The position numbers and the translations under genes were made by a program. Positions 40,366 through 52,056 of a DNA stretch of 64,000 nucleotides are shown piece after piece. The notes beneath the pieces are model-generated. The model saw only the letters and a list, made by a program, of their open reading frames with translations. It had not been told where the DNA came from and searched no databases. Numbering within the stretch: the first letter of the stretch is position 1; each line of letters begins with the position of its first letter. The stretch comes from an uncultured Bacilli bacterium (GTDB lineage Bacteria > Bacillota_I > Bacilli_A > RF39 > UBA660): positions 18,505 to 82,504 of the forward strand of contig CAKOSZ010000002.1 of assembly GCA_934119955.1 (NCBI GenBank). Reading direction: 5' to 3'.

Positions 40366-41051
40366 TTAAATATGATAAATTACCTGATTTCATGAAAAAT
40401 AAAGAAGTTAAGTATTATTATGATATTTTGAAAAAGAAAAGATTTCAATTATTTTTAAAAAGATTATTTGATATTATCATGTCATTAATTCTTTTAATTT
40501 TAATATTTCCAGTTCTTTTAATAATTGGAATAACTATAAAAATTGATTCTAAGGGGCCAATTTTTTATAGGCAAACAAGAATTACTAAATATGGGAAAGA
40601 ATTTAGAATATTTAAGTTTAGAACCATGGTTGTTAATGCTGATAAAATGGGTAGTTTAGTAACAACTAATAATGATTCTAGAATAACAAGGGTTGGTTCT
40701 AAAATTAGAAAAATAAGACTTGATGAACTTCCTCAATTAATTAATATTTTACTTGGGGATATGTCTTTTGTAGGAACTAGACCAGAAGTTAAAAAATATG
40801 TTGATATGTATTCAAATGAAATGTATGCAACTTTATTACTTCCAGCAGGAGTTACTTCAAATGCTAGTATTGAATTTAGAAATGAAGATGAAATAATAAG
40901 TAAATATTCTAAGAATGATAATGTTGATAATATTTATGTAAAAAAAGTATTGCCTGAAAAAATGAAATACAATTTAGAATATTTAAAGCATTTTAATATA
41001 TTTCTTGATATAAAAATATGTATAAATACAGTTATAAAGGTAGGTAAATAA
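40359..41051 (+). CDS. Small bacterial sugar transferase (PglC/WbaP C-terminal domain type); the initiating undecaprenyl-phosphate phosphoglycosyltransferase.
   Basis: FKRLFDIIMSLILLILIFPVLL...GPIFYRQTRITKYGKEFRIFKFRTM...RLDELPQLINILLGDMSFVGTRP. Confidence 0.85.
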   Translation: MLVKYDKLPDFMKNKEVKYYYDILKKKRFQLFLKRLFDIIMSLILLILIFPVLLIIGITIKIDSKGPIFYRQTRITKYGKEFRIFKFRTMVVNADKMGSLVTTNNDSRITRVGSKIRKIRLDELPQLINILLGDMSFVGTRPEVKKYVDMYSNEMYATLLLPAGVTSNASIEFRNEDEIISKYSKNDNVDNIYVKKVLPEKMKYNLEYLKHFNIFLDIKICINTVIKVGK

Positions 41052-41794
41052 TGAAAGAATTAGTATCAATTATTGCTCCAACTTATAATTGCTCTAAGTT
41101 TATAGGGGCAACCATTGAATCGGTTTTAAATCAAACTTATAAAAACTTTGAAATGATTATAGTGGATGATGCTTCAACTGATGATACCGAAAGTGTTGTT
41201 AAAAGTTATAAAGATAAAAGAATTAAATATATAAAATTAAAGACTAATAGCGGTCCTGCTGTTGCTAGAAATACAGCTATGGAAGAAGCAAAGGGAAAAT
41301 ATATGGCTTTTTTAGATAGTGATGACTTGTGGATTCCAACTAAACTTGAAAAACAAATTAAATTTATTAAAAAAAACAAATATAAAATAATTTGTTCTGA
41401 TTATGAACAAATTGATGAACAAGGTAATAAATTAAATAAAATTATTCCTTGTAAAAAGAAAGTAAACTATAATGGAGTATTATTAAGTTGTCCTGTAGGT
41501 AATTCAACCGTTTTCTATGATGTTTCAAAACTTGGTAAGTTTAAAGTACCAAATATAAGAAAAAGAAATGATGATGCTTTGTGGCTTCAAATGTTAAAGA
41601 AAGAAGAATATATTTATGGTCAAAAAGAAGTTTTGATGCAATATCGTTTAAGAGAAAATTCAGTTTCTTCTAATAAATTAGACTTAGTTAAGTATCATTG
41701 GCAGTTATATAGAGAAATTGAACATTTATCAGTTATTAGATCAATTTTTCATATTGGTGTTTGGGGAATAATAAAAGTATTTCATATAAAGTAG
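41051..41794 (+). CDS. GT2 glycosyltransferase.
   Basis: VSIIAPTYNC...FEMIIVDDAS...DSDD. Confidence 0.8.
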   Translation: MKELVSIIAPTYNCSKFIGATIESVLNQTYKNFEMIIVDDASTDDTESVVKSYKDKRIKYIKLKTNSGPAVARNTAMEEAKGKYMAFLDSDDLWIPTKLEKQIKFIKKNKYKIICSDYEQIDEQGNKLNKIIPCKKKVNYNGVLLSCPVGNSTVFYDVSKLGKFKVPNIRKRNDDALWLQMLKKEEYIYGQKEVLMQYRLRENSVSSNKLDLVKYHWQLYREIEHLSVIRSIFHIGVWGIIKVFHIK

Positions 41795-41801
41795 GTGATA
41801 T

Positions 41802-42834
41802 TATGGTTAGTGTTACAATATGTGGCCATTTTGGTGGTAATAATAATTTTTTAGATGGTCAAACAGTTAAAACTAAAAATTTATATAAAGCTTTAACAGA
41901 TAAATATGGTTTTAATGAAGTAAAAAAAATAGATACTTATAATTGGAAGAAAAGACCAATAAAATTATTAAAAGAGTGTATAAATGCTGCTAAAAATTCT
42001 AGAAATATAATTATTTTACCAGCTCATAATGGTATAAAGGTGTTTGTTCCACTATTTACTTTTTTAAAGAAAAAATATAAATTTAATTTAATATATGCTG
42101 TCGTTGGCGGATGGCTATCTGTATATATAAATAACAAACCTAAATTATCAAAAAAGTTAAAATTAATTGATGAAATATTAGTAGAAACTAAAAAGATGAA
42201 AAAAGATTTAATAAATTTAGGGTTTTCTAATGTTGATATATTATTAAACTTTAAAATTATTTTGCCACTTTCTATTGATAAATTAAATTATAATTTTCAA
42301 AAACCTTATCCAGTATGCACTTTTTCACGTGTTATGAAAGAAAAAGGAATAGTTGATATCATTGAAATTATAAAAAATATAAATAAAGATAAAATTATTT
42401 ACACATTAGATATATACGGTCCAGTTTCAAATGAGTTTAAAGAGGAGTTTGAAACGTTAAAAAGAGAATTTCCAGAATATATAAAATATAAAGGCTGTGT
42501 TGATTCAAATAATTCGATTGAAGTCATAAGTAAATATTATTTATTGTTGTTTCCAACTCGTTTTGAAACTGAAGGAATACCTGGTACAATAATTGATGCT
42601 TTATTTTCTGGCGTTCCAGTTATTGCTACTAAGTGGGAAAATGCAACTGATATTATAATAGATAATCAAACGGGTTTCTTAGTTAATATGTATGATTTAG
42701 AAGAATTTAAAAATAAAATGATTGAATGTTTAGATTTAAAAAAAATAAAAGTAATTAAAAAAAATACTTTGTTAAAAGCAAATGATTATATTTCTACAAA
42801 TGCTATAAGAGGATTAATTAAATATTTAAAATAG
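41802..42834 (+). CDS. GT4-type (GT-B) glycosyltransferase. The start was moved to the ATG after AGGTGA.
   Basis: C-terminal FPTRFETEGIPGTIIDALFSGVPVIATKWENATDII (E-x7-E). Confidence 0.7.
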
Positions 42835-42842
42835 AGGAATTT

Positions 42843-43922
42843 ATGAAAAGATTATTATGTATTGTTTCAAGTATGGATAGAGGTGGAGCGGAAACTTTTT
42901 TAATGAAAGTTTATCGCCAGTTAGATAAATCAAAATATCAAATGGATTTTTGTGTTTCTAAAAAAGAATCAGGCTTTTATGATAATGAAATTAAAGATTT
43001 AGGAGGAAAAATTTTTTATGTTCCACCTAAATCTAAAAATATATTTAAAACTTTTAATAGTATTAAAAAACTTGTCAAACAACAAAACTATAAATATGTT
43101 TTAAGAACAAGTCAACAATCTCTTGCAACTCTTGATTTATTGGCAGCTAAGTTTGGAGGAGCTAAAACTTTGATATATCGATCTAGTAATGCTGGTTTAA
43201 CAGGTGGTAAAATGAGCAAATTAATTAATAAAACATTTAGTTTTTTACCTAAAATAATACCTAATGTAAAAATAGCACCATCAAAGTTAGCAGCTAAATT
43301 TGTTTTTGGTAATAGTAAAAATGTTTATATATTACATAATGCTTTAAACTATGATGACTTTGAGTTTAGTGAAGAAATAAGAAATAAAATAAGAAAAGAA
43401 TTAAAAATTGGTAACAAGACTTTATATGGTCATGTTGGTAGATTTAATGTTCAAAAAAATCATATGTTTTTACTTGAAATTTTTCAACAAATAGTAAAAA
43501 AAGATAAAGACAGTATTTTAGCCTTAATAGGTGAAGGTGAATTAGAAAATGATATTTTAATTAAAATTAAAGAACTTAAGCTAGAAAAAAATGTTTTAGT
43601 TTTAGGACCAAAGAAAAATGTTAATGAGTATTTAATGGCTTTTGATAAAATTATTTTTCCGTCTTTTTTTGAAGGAATGCCAAATGTTATTATCGAAGCT
43701 CAAGCATCAGGATTACCTTGCTTTATTTCAAATACAATTACCAAAGAAGCTAATATAACTGGTTTACTAACCTATATTGATTTAAACAAAACAAGTCTTG
43801 AATGGGCTGATATTATTATTAAAAGTAAAATTAAAAGAAAAGATACTAGAAAAAATTTTATAAATAATAATTATATGATAGAACAAATAGTTGAAGAATT
43901 TGTTGAAAAATGTTATCATTAA
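42843..43922 (+). CDS. GT4 glycosyltransferase.
   Basis: MDRGGAETFL at the N-terminus, and FPSFFEGMPNVIIEAQASGLPCFIS. Confidence 0.8.
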   Translation: MKRLLCIVSSMDRGGAETFLMKVYRQLDKSKYQMDFCVSKKESGFYDNEIKDLGGKIFYVPPKSKNIFKTFNSIKKLVKQQNYKYVLRTSQQSLATLDLLAAKFGGAKTLIYRSSNAGLTGGKMSKLINKTFSFLPKIIPNVKIAPSKLAAKFVFGNSKNVYILHNALNYDDFEFSEEIRNKIRKELKIGNKTLYGHVGRFNVQKNHMFLLEIFQQIVKKDKDSILALIGEGELENDILIKIKELKLEKNVLVLGPKKNVNEYLMAFDKIIFPSFFEGMPNVIIEAQASGLPCFISNTITKEANITGLLTYIDLNKTSLEWADIIIKSKIKRKDTRKNFINNNYMIEQIVEEFVEKCYH

Positions 43923-43950
43923 ATATAGTGAAATAGAAGGGAAGTATTTT

Positions 43951-45336
43951 ATGTCGAATACTAATTTTATTGTATTAATAATTTTATATACCATTTTTTT
44001 TATTGTAACATTTTTTTTGCTAGTAAAAAAAGTATTAAAAACTAAATCAATTGAATTGTCAGATTTTTTTAAATTGTTTTACATATTTTTTTATGGATTA
44101 GTTCCAATGTGTACTTTAATAGCAATTAGAGAAGGAAAAGAAAGTACAATAAAATGTTTCTTTATAGAAAATAAAGCTGATTATATAAAATATATTTTAT
44201 ATTTTTTGACTGTAACATTTTATGCATTATATAATATCGCTTTTAAATTGTTAAAAAAAAGAAAAATAAAATTTAATATAAATAAAATAAAACCAATTAA
44301 TGAAAATTCCAAAGAGTTTTATGTTGCAAATTTTGCACTTCTAATTGTTGGTTGGATTTCATTGTTTATATATACCTATGATTATGGAGGAATTTTTGCA
44401 ACCTTTAAGTATGCTGAAGATATAAGAAACAATGCTTGTTTAATAGTTAATAGATTTACCTATTTTCAACCTTTTACGATGATACTTGCATTTTTACCTT
44501 TTAATTATTTGGTATTATTAAGTAAAATCAAAAATAAAAATAAAAAATATAAAATTATAACATCGTTATTATCGACTTTTTCAATTTTGGGGTGTGTATT
44601 AGTTTTAATAATAATTGATAGTCGAAGTAGAATGCTAATGACAATTTTAATTATAGTATATTATTTTTATAAAAATAAAATATTGAATTTTAATAAAAAA
44701 AACTTTATAAAATTTGCAATTATAATACTTTTGTTTGTAGTTTTACTAGTTAATTCTGAAAATATCTCAGGATTTTTACATAATCAAGAAAGGACTAAGC
44801 AACAAACAAAAATAAATGAATTTGCCGCTCAGGAATTTGGATATACTTATTTAAATGGAATAAATGTTCTTGATAGAAAAGTTAAAGGTACAAATGGAAA
44901 TATACGTTTTTTTCATAATATTTTATCTATTTCAGTTTCATTATTTCCTAGAAGTATTCAAAGAAAAATAGTTACTAATATGCCTGTTTATAATACTAAA
45001 TTTTATCATAGAAGTAGAGGAATTGTTCCTAGTGATTTAATAACTAGTTCTGTTTATTCGCTTGGATATGTTGGACCATTTGTTTTTCCTTTTTGGTTAG
45101 CATTGTTGACATACTGTTTGAATTTAGTTATAAAAAACGGAAAAAGCAATAATTATTATAGAATGTTAGAAGCGTATTTTGGATTTCATGTTTGTATGGC
45201 ATTAATTTCAAATTATGATATATCAGCAATAATTTTTTCTTGTTTTGAATTTATTTTATGGATTATTGTTGTAAGATTATTATCAATGAAATATTTCAAA
45301 ACTATTGTGAAAAATACATATGATTTAATATCATAA
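43951..45336 (+). CDS. Polytopic membrane protein, probably the Wzy-type repeat-unit polymerase.
   Basis: Ten or more TM helices with a large periplasmic loop, no enzyme motifs, and location next to the flippase. Confidence 0.5.
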   Translation: MSNTNFIVLIILYTIFFIVTFFLLVKKVLKTKSIELSDFFKLFYIFFYGLVPMCTLIAIREGKESTIKCFFIENKADYIKYILYFLTVTFYALYNIAFKLLKKRKIKFNINKIKPINENSKEFYVANFALLIVGWISLFIYTYDYGGIFATFKYAEDIRNNACLIVNRFTYFQPFTMILAFLPFNYLVLLSKIKNKNKKYKIITSLLSTFSILGCVLVLIIIDSRSRMLMTILIIVYYFYKNKILNFNKKNFIKFAIIILLFVVLLVNSENISGFLHNQERTKQQTKINEFAAQEFGYTYLNGINVLDRKVKGTNGNIRFFHNILSISVSLFPRSIQRKIVTNMPVYNTKFYHRSRGIVPSDLITSSVYSLGYVGPFVFPFWLALLTYCLNLVIKNGKSNNYYRMLEAYFGFHVCMALISNYDISAIIFSCFEFILWIIVVRLLSMKYFKTIVKNTYDLIS

Positions 45337-45402
45337 TATAAATTTTCTAATGGATAAATTGAGATATTATTAAAAATGAAAACGATATTTAAGGAGTAAT
45401 AT

Positions 45403-46902
45403 ATGAAAAAAAAGACAATCAAAAATATTATATTTTCACTATTAACTCAAATTATTTGTATAATATGTGGATTTGTTGTACCAAAATTAATGATTCAAAA
45501 ATATGGCTCAGAAACATATGGGCTAGTTACTTCAATTACCCAATTTCTTGCATATATTACTTTATTTGAATCAGGAATAGGATTGGTAACAAAATCGGCT
45601 TTATATAAAGCAATTGCTTCAAAAAATAAAAAAGAAATTAGTTCTATTTTACATTACACTCAAAAGTTCTTTAATAAAATTCTTCTTATTTTTGTTTTTT
45701 ATATAGTAATATTGTGTTTTATATATCCGAATTTTAAGTCGGCTTCTAATTTTGATTCTTTTTTTACAATTTCTTTGATTGCAATAATTTCAATTAGTTG
45801 TATGTTTGAATATTTTATTGGAATAACTTACAAATTGTATTTACAAGCAGATCAAAAAAATTATATAGTTTCTTATATTCAAATTATAACTTATATATTA
45901 AATACAATATCCATATTTATTTTAATTAAATTAAATTGTGATATTAGAATAGTTAAATTAGTAAGTTCGGTTATATTTATTTCAAGGCCAATAATTCAAT
46001 CAATATATGTGAAGAAAAAGTTAAAACTTAATTTAAAAGAATATGATGAAAATTACAAATTAATTGGTCAAAAACATGGACTATCTCAGCATATTGCAGG
46101 AGTTATAAATACAAATATTGATGTGGTATTACTTACAATTTTTACTCCACTTATTAATGTATCAATATATTCTATATATAACTTAATTATATCTCAAATT
46201 AAAACTTTAATAAATGGATTCACAATGGGAACGGATGCTTTTTTTGGTGATTTGTATGCAAAAGGTGAAAAAGAAAAATTAAATAAGTATTTTAATGTAT
46301 ATGAAACAATTTATATTTTTATAGTTACAATAATTTTTTCTTGCTGTATAATTTTGATTGTACCTTTTGTTAAAGTATACACTAGTGGAATAAATGATGC
46401 TAATTATATTCAAAAGTTATTTGCAATTTTATTTGTTTTTTCTGGCTTGATGGCTTGTATAAAATCACCATATAATTCATTAGTTTATAATTCCGGAAAA
46501 TTTAAGGAAACAGAAAAAGGTGCTTGGGTTGAAGTTGTTATTAATATTGTTGTGTCAACTATTATGATAAATAAATATGGCCTAATTGGTGTTATATTTG
46601 GAACACTTTTAGCTACAATTTTTAGAGGAACAGAATTTTTAATTTATGCTTCAAAACAATTGTTAGAGAGAAAATGTATATTAAGTATAAAAAAAATAAT
46701 CGTTTCAATAATGGTAACTACTTTAGTATATTTTATAGGTTACAAGTTTATGTTTAATAGTATAAATTCTTACATATGTTGGATAAAATATGGTTTTTTA
46801 GGTTTTTTTATAACAATTCTAATTACATTTTTATTAAATTTAATCTTTAACAATAAAGAAATAAAAGAAACAATTATTTTTCTTAAAGAGGTGAAAAAAT
46901 GA
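45403..46902 (+). CDS. Wzx-type polysaccharide flippase (MOP superfamily).
   Basis: About 12-14 TM helices and ~500 aa, with the PST-family N-terminus. Confidence 0.7.
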   Translation: MKKKTIKNIIFSLLTQIICIICGFVVPKLMIQKYGSETYGLVTSITQFLAYITLFESGIGLVTKSALYKAIASKNKKEISSILHYTQKFFNKILLIFVFYIVILCFIYPNFKSASNFDSFFTISLIAIISISCMFEYFIGITYKLYLQADQKNYIVSYIQIITYILNTISIFILIKLNCDIRIVKLVSSVIFISRPIIQSIYVKKKLKLNLKEYDENYKLIGQKHGLSQHIAGVINTNIDVVLLTIFTPLINVSIYSIYNLIISQIKTLINGFTMGTDAFFGDLYAKGEKEKLNKYFNVYETIYIFIVTIIFSCCIILIVPFVKVYTSGINDANYIQKLFAILFVFSGLMACIKSPYNSLVYNSGKFKETEKGAWVEVVINIVVSTIMINKYGLIGVIFGTLLATIFRGTEFLIYASKQLLERKCILSIKKIIVSIMVTTLVYFIGYKFMFNSINSYICWIKYGFLGFFITILITFLLNLIFNNKEIKETIIFLKEVKK

Positions 46903-48062
46903 AAATTTGTTTTTTAATGGATAGTGTTAATGCTTTAGGTGGTGCTCAGAAATGTACTATAACGCTTGCTAATGAATTAATTAAAAAAAATAATGTTACT
47001 ATAATTTGCACGGATAATATTCAAGAAAGTAAAAGAGTATATCATCAAATAGATGAAAATATAAAAATTGTTTATATTAAATGGCATAATACATTTAATT
47101 CTGTTTTGAATATTTGGACTAGATTATTCAAGTTGATTAATAATAATACTAATTTACTTTTAAAAAAGAAAAAATTACTTACTTATATTTATTATAAAAA
47201 AAGCAATAAAAAAATAAAAGAATTACAAAAATATATAGATGATAATAAGTTTGATTGTATAGTAGGTGTTGGTGCTATTCATACAATGATTTTATCTTTA
47301 TTGAAAAAGAATAATAACGAAAAATTTATTGGATGGCAACATTCTACAACTGAAAGATATTTTAGATTAAAAGGACAGTTTTTATGGCATCAAGATTGCA
47401 TTTTTAAGGATGCACTTAAAAATTTAGACAATTACGTTGTTTTAACGGATTTTGATAAATTAAAAATCAAAGAGTATTTTAACTTTAATGCAATTAAAAT
47501 ATCAAATTCACTTAGCTTTGAATGTTCAATGAATATAAATGAAAGTAGAAAAAAAATAATACTTGCTGTTGGAAGATATAATAAAGTAAAAGGTTATGAT
47601 ATGTTAATTAGGGCATTTGAAATTTTTTCTAAGACAAATCAAGATTATATTTTAAGAATTGTTGGTGATGGACCAGAGCGTAATAATTTACAAGAATTAG
47701 CAATAAAATTAAATTTACAAGAAAAAATTCAACTTTCTGGCATGTCCAATAATGTTATTGAAGAATATATGAAAGCCGATTTTTTTGCTTTATCATCACT
47801 TGTTGAAGGGTTTCCAATGGTACTTTTAGAGGCAATGGAATGTGGTTTACCGATTGTTACCTTTGATTTACCATGTGTTCATGAAATTTTGAATGATCAA
47901 TGTGGATATATAGTCGAATATATGAACATTGAAGCGCTAGCTGATGCTATGTTAAAACTCGCTAGTATTCAAGATAAAAAAAATATTAGAAATGCATGTC
48001 ATGAACAAGCAAATAAATTTAAAGTAAAAAATATAATTAAAGAATGGGAGAAAATATTATGA
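46899..48062 (+). CDS. GT4 glycosyltransferase.
   Basis: SSLVEGFPMVLLEAMECGLPIVTFDLP. Confidence 0.8.
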   Translation: MKICFLMDSVNALGGAQKCTITLANELIKKNNVTIICTDNIQESKRVYHQIDENIKIVYIKWHNTFNSVLNIWTRLFKLINNNTNLLLKKKKLLTYIYYKKSNKKIKELQKYIDDNKFDCIVGVGAIHTMILSLLKKNNNEKFIGWQHSTTERYFRLKGQFLWHQDCIFKDALKNLDNYVVLTDFDKLKIKEYFNFNAIKISNSLSFECSMNINESRKKIILAVGRYNKVKGYDMLIRAFEIFSKTNQDYILRIVGDGPERNNLQELAIKLNLQEKIQLSGMSNNVIEEYMKADFFALSSLVEGFPMVLLEAMECGLPIVTFDLPCVHEILNDQCGYIVEYMNIEALADAMLKLASIQDKKNIRNACHEQANKFKVKNIIKEWEKIL

Positions 48063-48808
48063 AATATTATATTTGGAAAAATAAATTACATTTAAAATCT
48101 GCACAAGTTTGGTTTGCTAATATAGATGAATATAAAACTATAAAAGCAAGCGTTATTCATTTATCAGGTTATCCTGAGATTATAAAAGGATCAATTTGTC
48201 ATAAACAGAATAGTTTAATATTGAATTTAAATCAAAGTGAAGAGGATTTATTTGGTAAAATAAATAAAACGGTTAGATATGAAATCAATCGTTCTATCAA
48301 AGAAAACTTACAAGTTAAAATATTGAAATCAAACGAAATAACTGATGATATTATAGATAGTTTTAAAACATGTTATAATAAAATGTATGAAGAAAAAGGT
48401 ATAAATTGTCATTTACCAGTTGATGAGTTTAAAAGATATATTTCAAATGATATGTTAACGCTTACTTATGTTAGTGATGAAGAAGAAATTTTAGCTTATC
48501 ACGTTTATGTAGGTGATGAAAAAACTACAAGATTATTATACTCTTGTTCAACTTTTAGAGAAGATGATGCAAAAAAAGCATTAATTGGTCGTGCAAATAA
48601 ATTCTTACATTGGGAAGATATAAGATATTTTAAAAGTAATAATTATGAAAAGTACGATTTAGGTGGAATTTCCTCATTTGATAATCCAAATGGAATAGAT
48701 AAATTTAAAATGAACTTTAATGGAGAAAAAATTACATATTATAATATAATAACAGGAAATGACTTGTTAGGAAAAATTTTGTGTTTTTTAATTAAATTTA
48801 AAAGATGA
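48059..48808 (+). CDS. Hypothetical protein, possibly a FemAB-like GNAT-fold (Acetyltransf_6-type) acyl/aminoacyl transferase that modifies the polysaccharide.
   Basis: Weak resemblance only (..YSCSTFRED..KFLHWEDIRYFKSNNYEKYDLGG..), plus locus context. Confidence 0.25.
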   Translation: MKYYIWKNKLHLKSAQVWFANIDEYKTIKASVIHLSGYPEIIKGSICHKQNSLILNLNQSEEDLFGKINKTVRYEINRSIKENLQVKILKSNEITDDIIDSFKTCYNKMYEEKGINCHLPVDEFKRYISNDMLTLTYVSDEEEILAYHVYVGDEKTTRLLYSCSTFREDDAKKALIGRANKFLHWEDIRYFKSNNYEKYDLGGISSFDNPNGIDKFKMNFNGEKITYYNIITGNDLLGKILCFLIKFKR

Positions 48809-48814
48809 CGTTGT

Positions 48815-49363
48815 ATGGTGAAAAAAATGATTAATAAAATATATAATAAAATCCTAAAAAAAATAAATTATAAAAACTATTTAAAAAGAATTGGCTTAAA
48901 ATTCGATGATGATGTTCGGTTTGTTGGTAATATAAATTTTGGTTCAGAGCCATATTTAATAACAATCGGTGAACATGTAACTATTTCTAATGATGTTCAA
49001 TTTATTACACATGATGGTGGTACTTACGTTTTTAGACACGAAAAAAAATATAAAGATGTTTTAAAATTTGGAAGAATAAATGTAGGAAATAATTGCTTTA
49101 TTGGTGCAAGAAGTATTATTATGCCCAATATAAAAATAGGAAACAATGTAGTAGTAGCAGCTGGCAGTGTAGTTACTAAAAGTATACCTGACAATGTTGT
49201 AGTAGGTGGAAATCCAGCAAAAATAATTTGTAGTTTAGAAGAATATAAGAATAAGAGTTTAAAATCAACTCCAATTTATAATAAAGAAAATTATATCAAA
49301 AATAAAAAAAATGAAGTAATTAAAATATGTAATAATCAAGAATTTAAGAAGGAATTAAAATGA
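48815..49363 (+). CDS. Hexapeptide-repeat (left-handed beta-helix) sugar O-acetyltransferase.
   Basis: [49 protein letters not shown]. Confidence 0.8.
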   Translation: MVKKMINKIYNKILKKINYKNYLKRIGLKFDDDVRFVGNINFGSEPYLITIGEHVTISNDVQFITHDGGTYVFRHEKKYKDVLKFGRINVGNNCFIGARSIIMPNIKIGNNVVVAAGSVVTKSIPDNVVVGGNPAKIICSLEEYKNKSLKSTPIYNKENYIKNKKNEVIKICNNQEFKKELK

Positions 49364-50520
49364 AAAAACTATTGAAAAATAAAATAATTTTTTTGCTTTT
49401 TATACTAATATATATAAGTGTATTATTATTTTTAATAATTAATAATAATTATTTATATATGATAGTATTTATAATACTTTCAATTAGTGTAGTTATTTTT
49501 GTTTATAAAAAACTATTCAACATTTCATTTGTCAATTTAGATAAAATTAAAAAAAATAGAAATTATGAAAAATTAAAAAAGAATATTAATGAAGATGAAA
49601 TATATAGCGAAAATATGAATATTTCTACTTTTGATGGCTCGAATGAATTTACTCATCCATCAGTTTTATATTTTGAAAAAGGATTTAATGGATATAAGTT
49701 TTGGATGGCATATACACCATATTCAAATTGTAATGTTTCTTTGGAAAATCCTTGTATTGCAGTATCAAACGATGGAATAAATTATAAAAAACCAGATAAA
49801 TTAATTAATCCTTTACTTCCAATTATTAAAAATAATAATCAAGGATATATTGAATATTATAATGATCCAAGTTTAGTTTTTGTTAATAATAAATTAGAAC
49901 TATGGTATCGTTTAACATATGAATCAGATGATAAAAAAACATATAAACAGAAAATATTTAGAATAACTTCAACTGATGGTATTAACTGGAAAAAACCTGA
50001 ATTAATAATAAATGATATAAAAAATTCAAAAAATTTAATAAGCATAAGTTTATTATATGAAAATAATGAGTATTTTTTATATTATTTTGATTTAAATTTA
50101 AAACCAATTTTAATAAAATCATTTGATTTAGAAAAATGGAGTAAAGAACAGCAAGTGATAATTAGTGATTATTATGGAAAATTTTGGCATGGTGAAATAA
50201 AGAAGATTAATAACATATATAAGTTCATTTTCATTGATAATAGTTATAATTTATATATTAGTTCTTCAAATGATGGAATTCATTTTAATAATACGGAAAA
50301 AATAAATATAGTTTGTAAATCAAAAGATTATTTTTATTTTAAAAATGTGTTATATAAAACATCAATTGTCTATGACAATAAATATTATTATATTTATGTA
50401 CCATTTAGATTTGATAAGATAAAATTATTTAAAACAAATGATGTTACTTATCACAAATGGATAACCACTATTACAAAAATTGAAGAGAAAAATTTTAATA
50501 AATTTAAGGAGGGTTTATGA
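49360..50520 (+). CDS. N-terminally membrane-anchored hypothetical protein, possibly with a glycoside-hydrolase-like beta-propeller domain.
   Basis: One TM helix, and a soluble domain with repeated ..DG(I)N(W/Y)KKP.. blocks. No firm family assignment. Confidence 0.25.
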   Translation: MKKLLKNKIIFLLFILIYISVLLFLIINNNYLYMIVFIILSISVVIFVYKKLFNISFVNLDKIKKNRNYEKLKKNINEDEIYSENMNISTFDGSNEFTHPSVLYFEKGFNGYKFWMAYTPYSNCNVSLENPCIAVSNDGINYKKPDKLINPLLPIIKNNNQGYIEYYNDPSLVFVNNKLELWYRLTYESDDKKTYKQKIFRITSTDGINWKKPELIINDIKNSKNLISISLLYENNEYFLYYFDLNLKPILIKSFDLEKWSKEQQVIISDYYGKFWHGEIKKINNIYKFIFIDNSYNLYISSSNDGIHFNNTEKINIVCKSKDYFYFKNVLYKTSIVYDNKYYYIYVPFRFDKIKLFKTNDVTYHKWITTITKIEEKNFNKFKEGL

Positions 50521-51485
50521 AAACATATTTTATAACAGGTGGAGCTGGTTTCATTGGTTCTACTTTAACTAAAAGATTATTAATGGAAGGCAATAAAGTT
50601 ATTGTAATAGATAATTTCTGTGATTATTATGATCCTTCAATAAAAGAGGATAATATAAAAGATTATCTTGATAATCCAAATTATAAATTATATCGTGATG
50701 ATATTAGAAATAGAAATATTATTAAAGAAATATTTGATAATAATAAAATAGATGTTATAGTTCATTTAGCTGCTATGGCAGGGGTTAGACCTTCAATTGA
50801 AAATCCTCTTTTATATCAAGAAGTAAATGGAATGGGTACGCAAATTATTTTGGAGGAAGCTAAACTTCATAGTATTAAATCACTAGTTATGGCATCAAGC
50901 AGCAGTGTATATGGAAATACCAAAGAAGTTCCATTTAAGGAGGATATGATAGTTGATTTTGCTATTAGTCCTTATGCAGCTACCAAAAAAGCCAATGAGG
51001 TAATGGCTCATGTTTATCATAAATTAAATGATATGAATATTATAATGTTAAGATTTTTTACAGTATATGGACCACGTCAAAGACCAGATCTTGCAATTAA
51101 TAAATTTACTAAATTGATGTTAGAAGGAAAAAATATACCAATGTTTGGAGATGGATCAACTTCTCGTGATTATACTTATGTTGATGATATAGTTGATGGA
51201 ATAGTAAGGTCTTGTTCTTACGTAATTAATAATAAAAATGTCTATGAAATAATTAATTTAGGTAGTAATAATCCAATTAGTTTAATTGAAATGATAAATT
51301 GTATAGCAGATACTCTTAATGTTACACCCAAAATAGAAAAATTAGGAATGCAACCAGGAGATGTTGATAGAACCTATGCATGTATTGATAAAGCTAAAAA
51401 ATTACTTGGTTATTCTCCTAAAACAACATTTAAAGAAGGAATTAAAAAATTTATAGAATGGCATAAAAATACTAATGAAAAATAA
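50517..51485 (+). CDS. NAD-dependent nucleotide-sugar epimerase, probably the UDP-glucuronate 4-epimerase type.
   Basis: ITGGAGFIGSTL, YAATKKANE (YxxxK), extended SDR fold, and proximity to ugd. Confidence 0.78.
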   Translation: MKTYFITGGAGFIGSTLTKRLLMEGNKVIVIDNFCDYYDPSIKEDNIKDYLDNPNYKLYRDDIRNRNIIKEIFDNNKIDVIVHLAAMAGVRPSIENPLLYQEVNGMGTQIILEEAKLHSIKSLVMASSSSVYGNTKEVPFKEDMIVDFAISPYAATKKANEVMAHVYHKLNDMNIIMLRFFTVYGPRQRPDLAINKFTKLMLEGKNIPMFGDGSTSRDYTYVDDIVDGIVRSCSYVINNKNVYEIINLGSNNPISLIEMINCIADTLNVTPKIEKLGMQPGDVDRTYACIDKAKKLLGYSPKTTFKEGIKKFIEWHKNTNEK

Positions 51486-51512
51486 TTAAAGTTATATAAG
51501 GAAGGGATAATA

Positions 51513-52055
51513 ATGGATATAACATTTAAAAAAGACTTATACAGATATTATGGTACAAATAAAGAAGAATTAAAAAAAAGAATTTTTAGACCACTAGAAA
51601 TTAAATATATTTATTATTTAAGAAAATGTCAAAATGTAAGTAATAAAATAATTAAAAATTATTACAAATTAAAACTTAGAAAAATTTCAAATAAAACTCA
51701 TATTCAAATAGGTTATGAAACTAGAATTGGTGAAGGATTTTATATAGGTCATTTTGGAAGAATTGTAATTAATCCAAGAGTAATACTTGGAAAAAACATT
51801 AATATAGCACCAGGTGTTATAATTGGTCAAGAAAATAGGGGTAAAAGAAAAGGCACACCAACGATAGGAAATGAATGTTGGATTGGGGCTAATGCTGTAA
51901 TTGTAGGAAATATAAAAATAGGTAATGATGTATTAATAGCACCTCTTTCATATGTTAATTTTGATGTTCCTGATCATTCCATAGTTCTTGGTAATCCAGC
52001 TAAAATTATCTCACGTGATGAGGCTACAAAAGATTATATTAATAATAAAATATAA
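51513..52055 (+). CDS. Hexapeptide-repeat acetyltransferase (CysE/WbbJ-like).
   Basis: IGNECWIGANAVIVGNIKIGNDVLIAPLSYVNFDVPDHSIVLGNPAKII. Confidence 0.75.
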   Translation: MDITFKKDLYRYYGTNKEELKKRIFRPLEIKYIYYLRKCQNVSNKIIKNYYKLKLRKISNKTHIQIGYETRIGEGFYIGHFGRIVINPRVILGKNINIAPGVIIGQENRGKRKGTPTIGNECWIGANAVIVGNIKIGNDVLIAPLSYVNFDVPDHSIVLGNPAKIISRDEATKDYINNKI

Positions 52056-52056
52056 A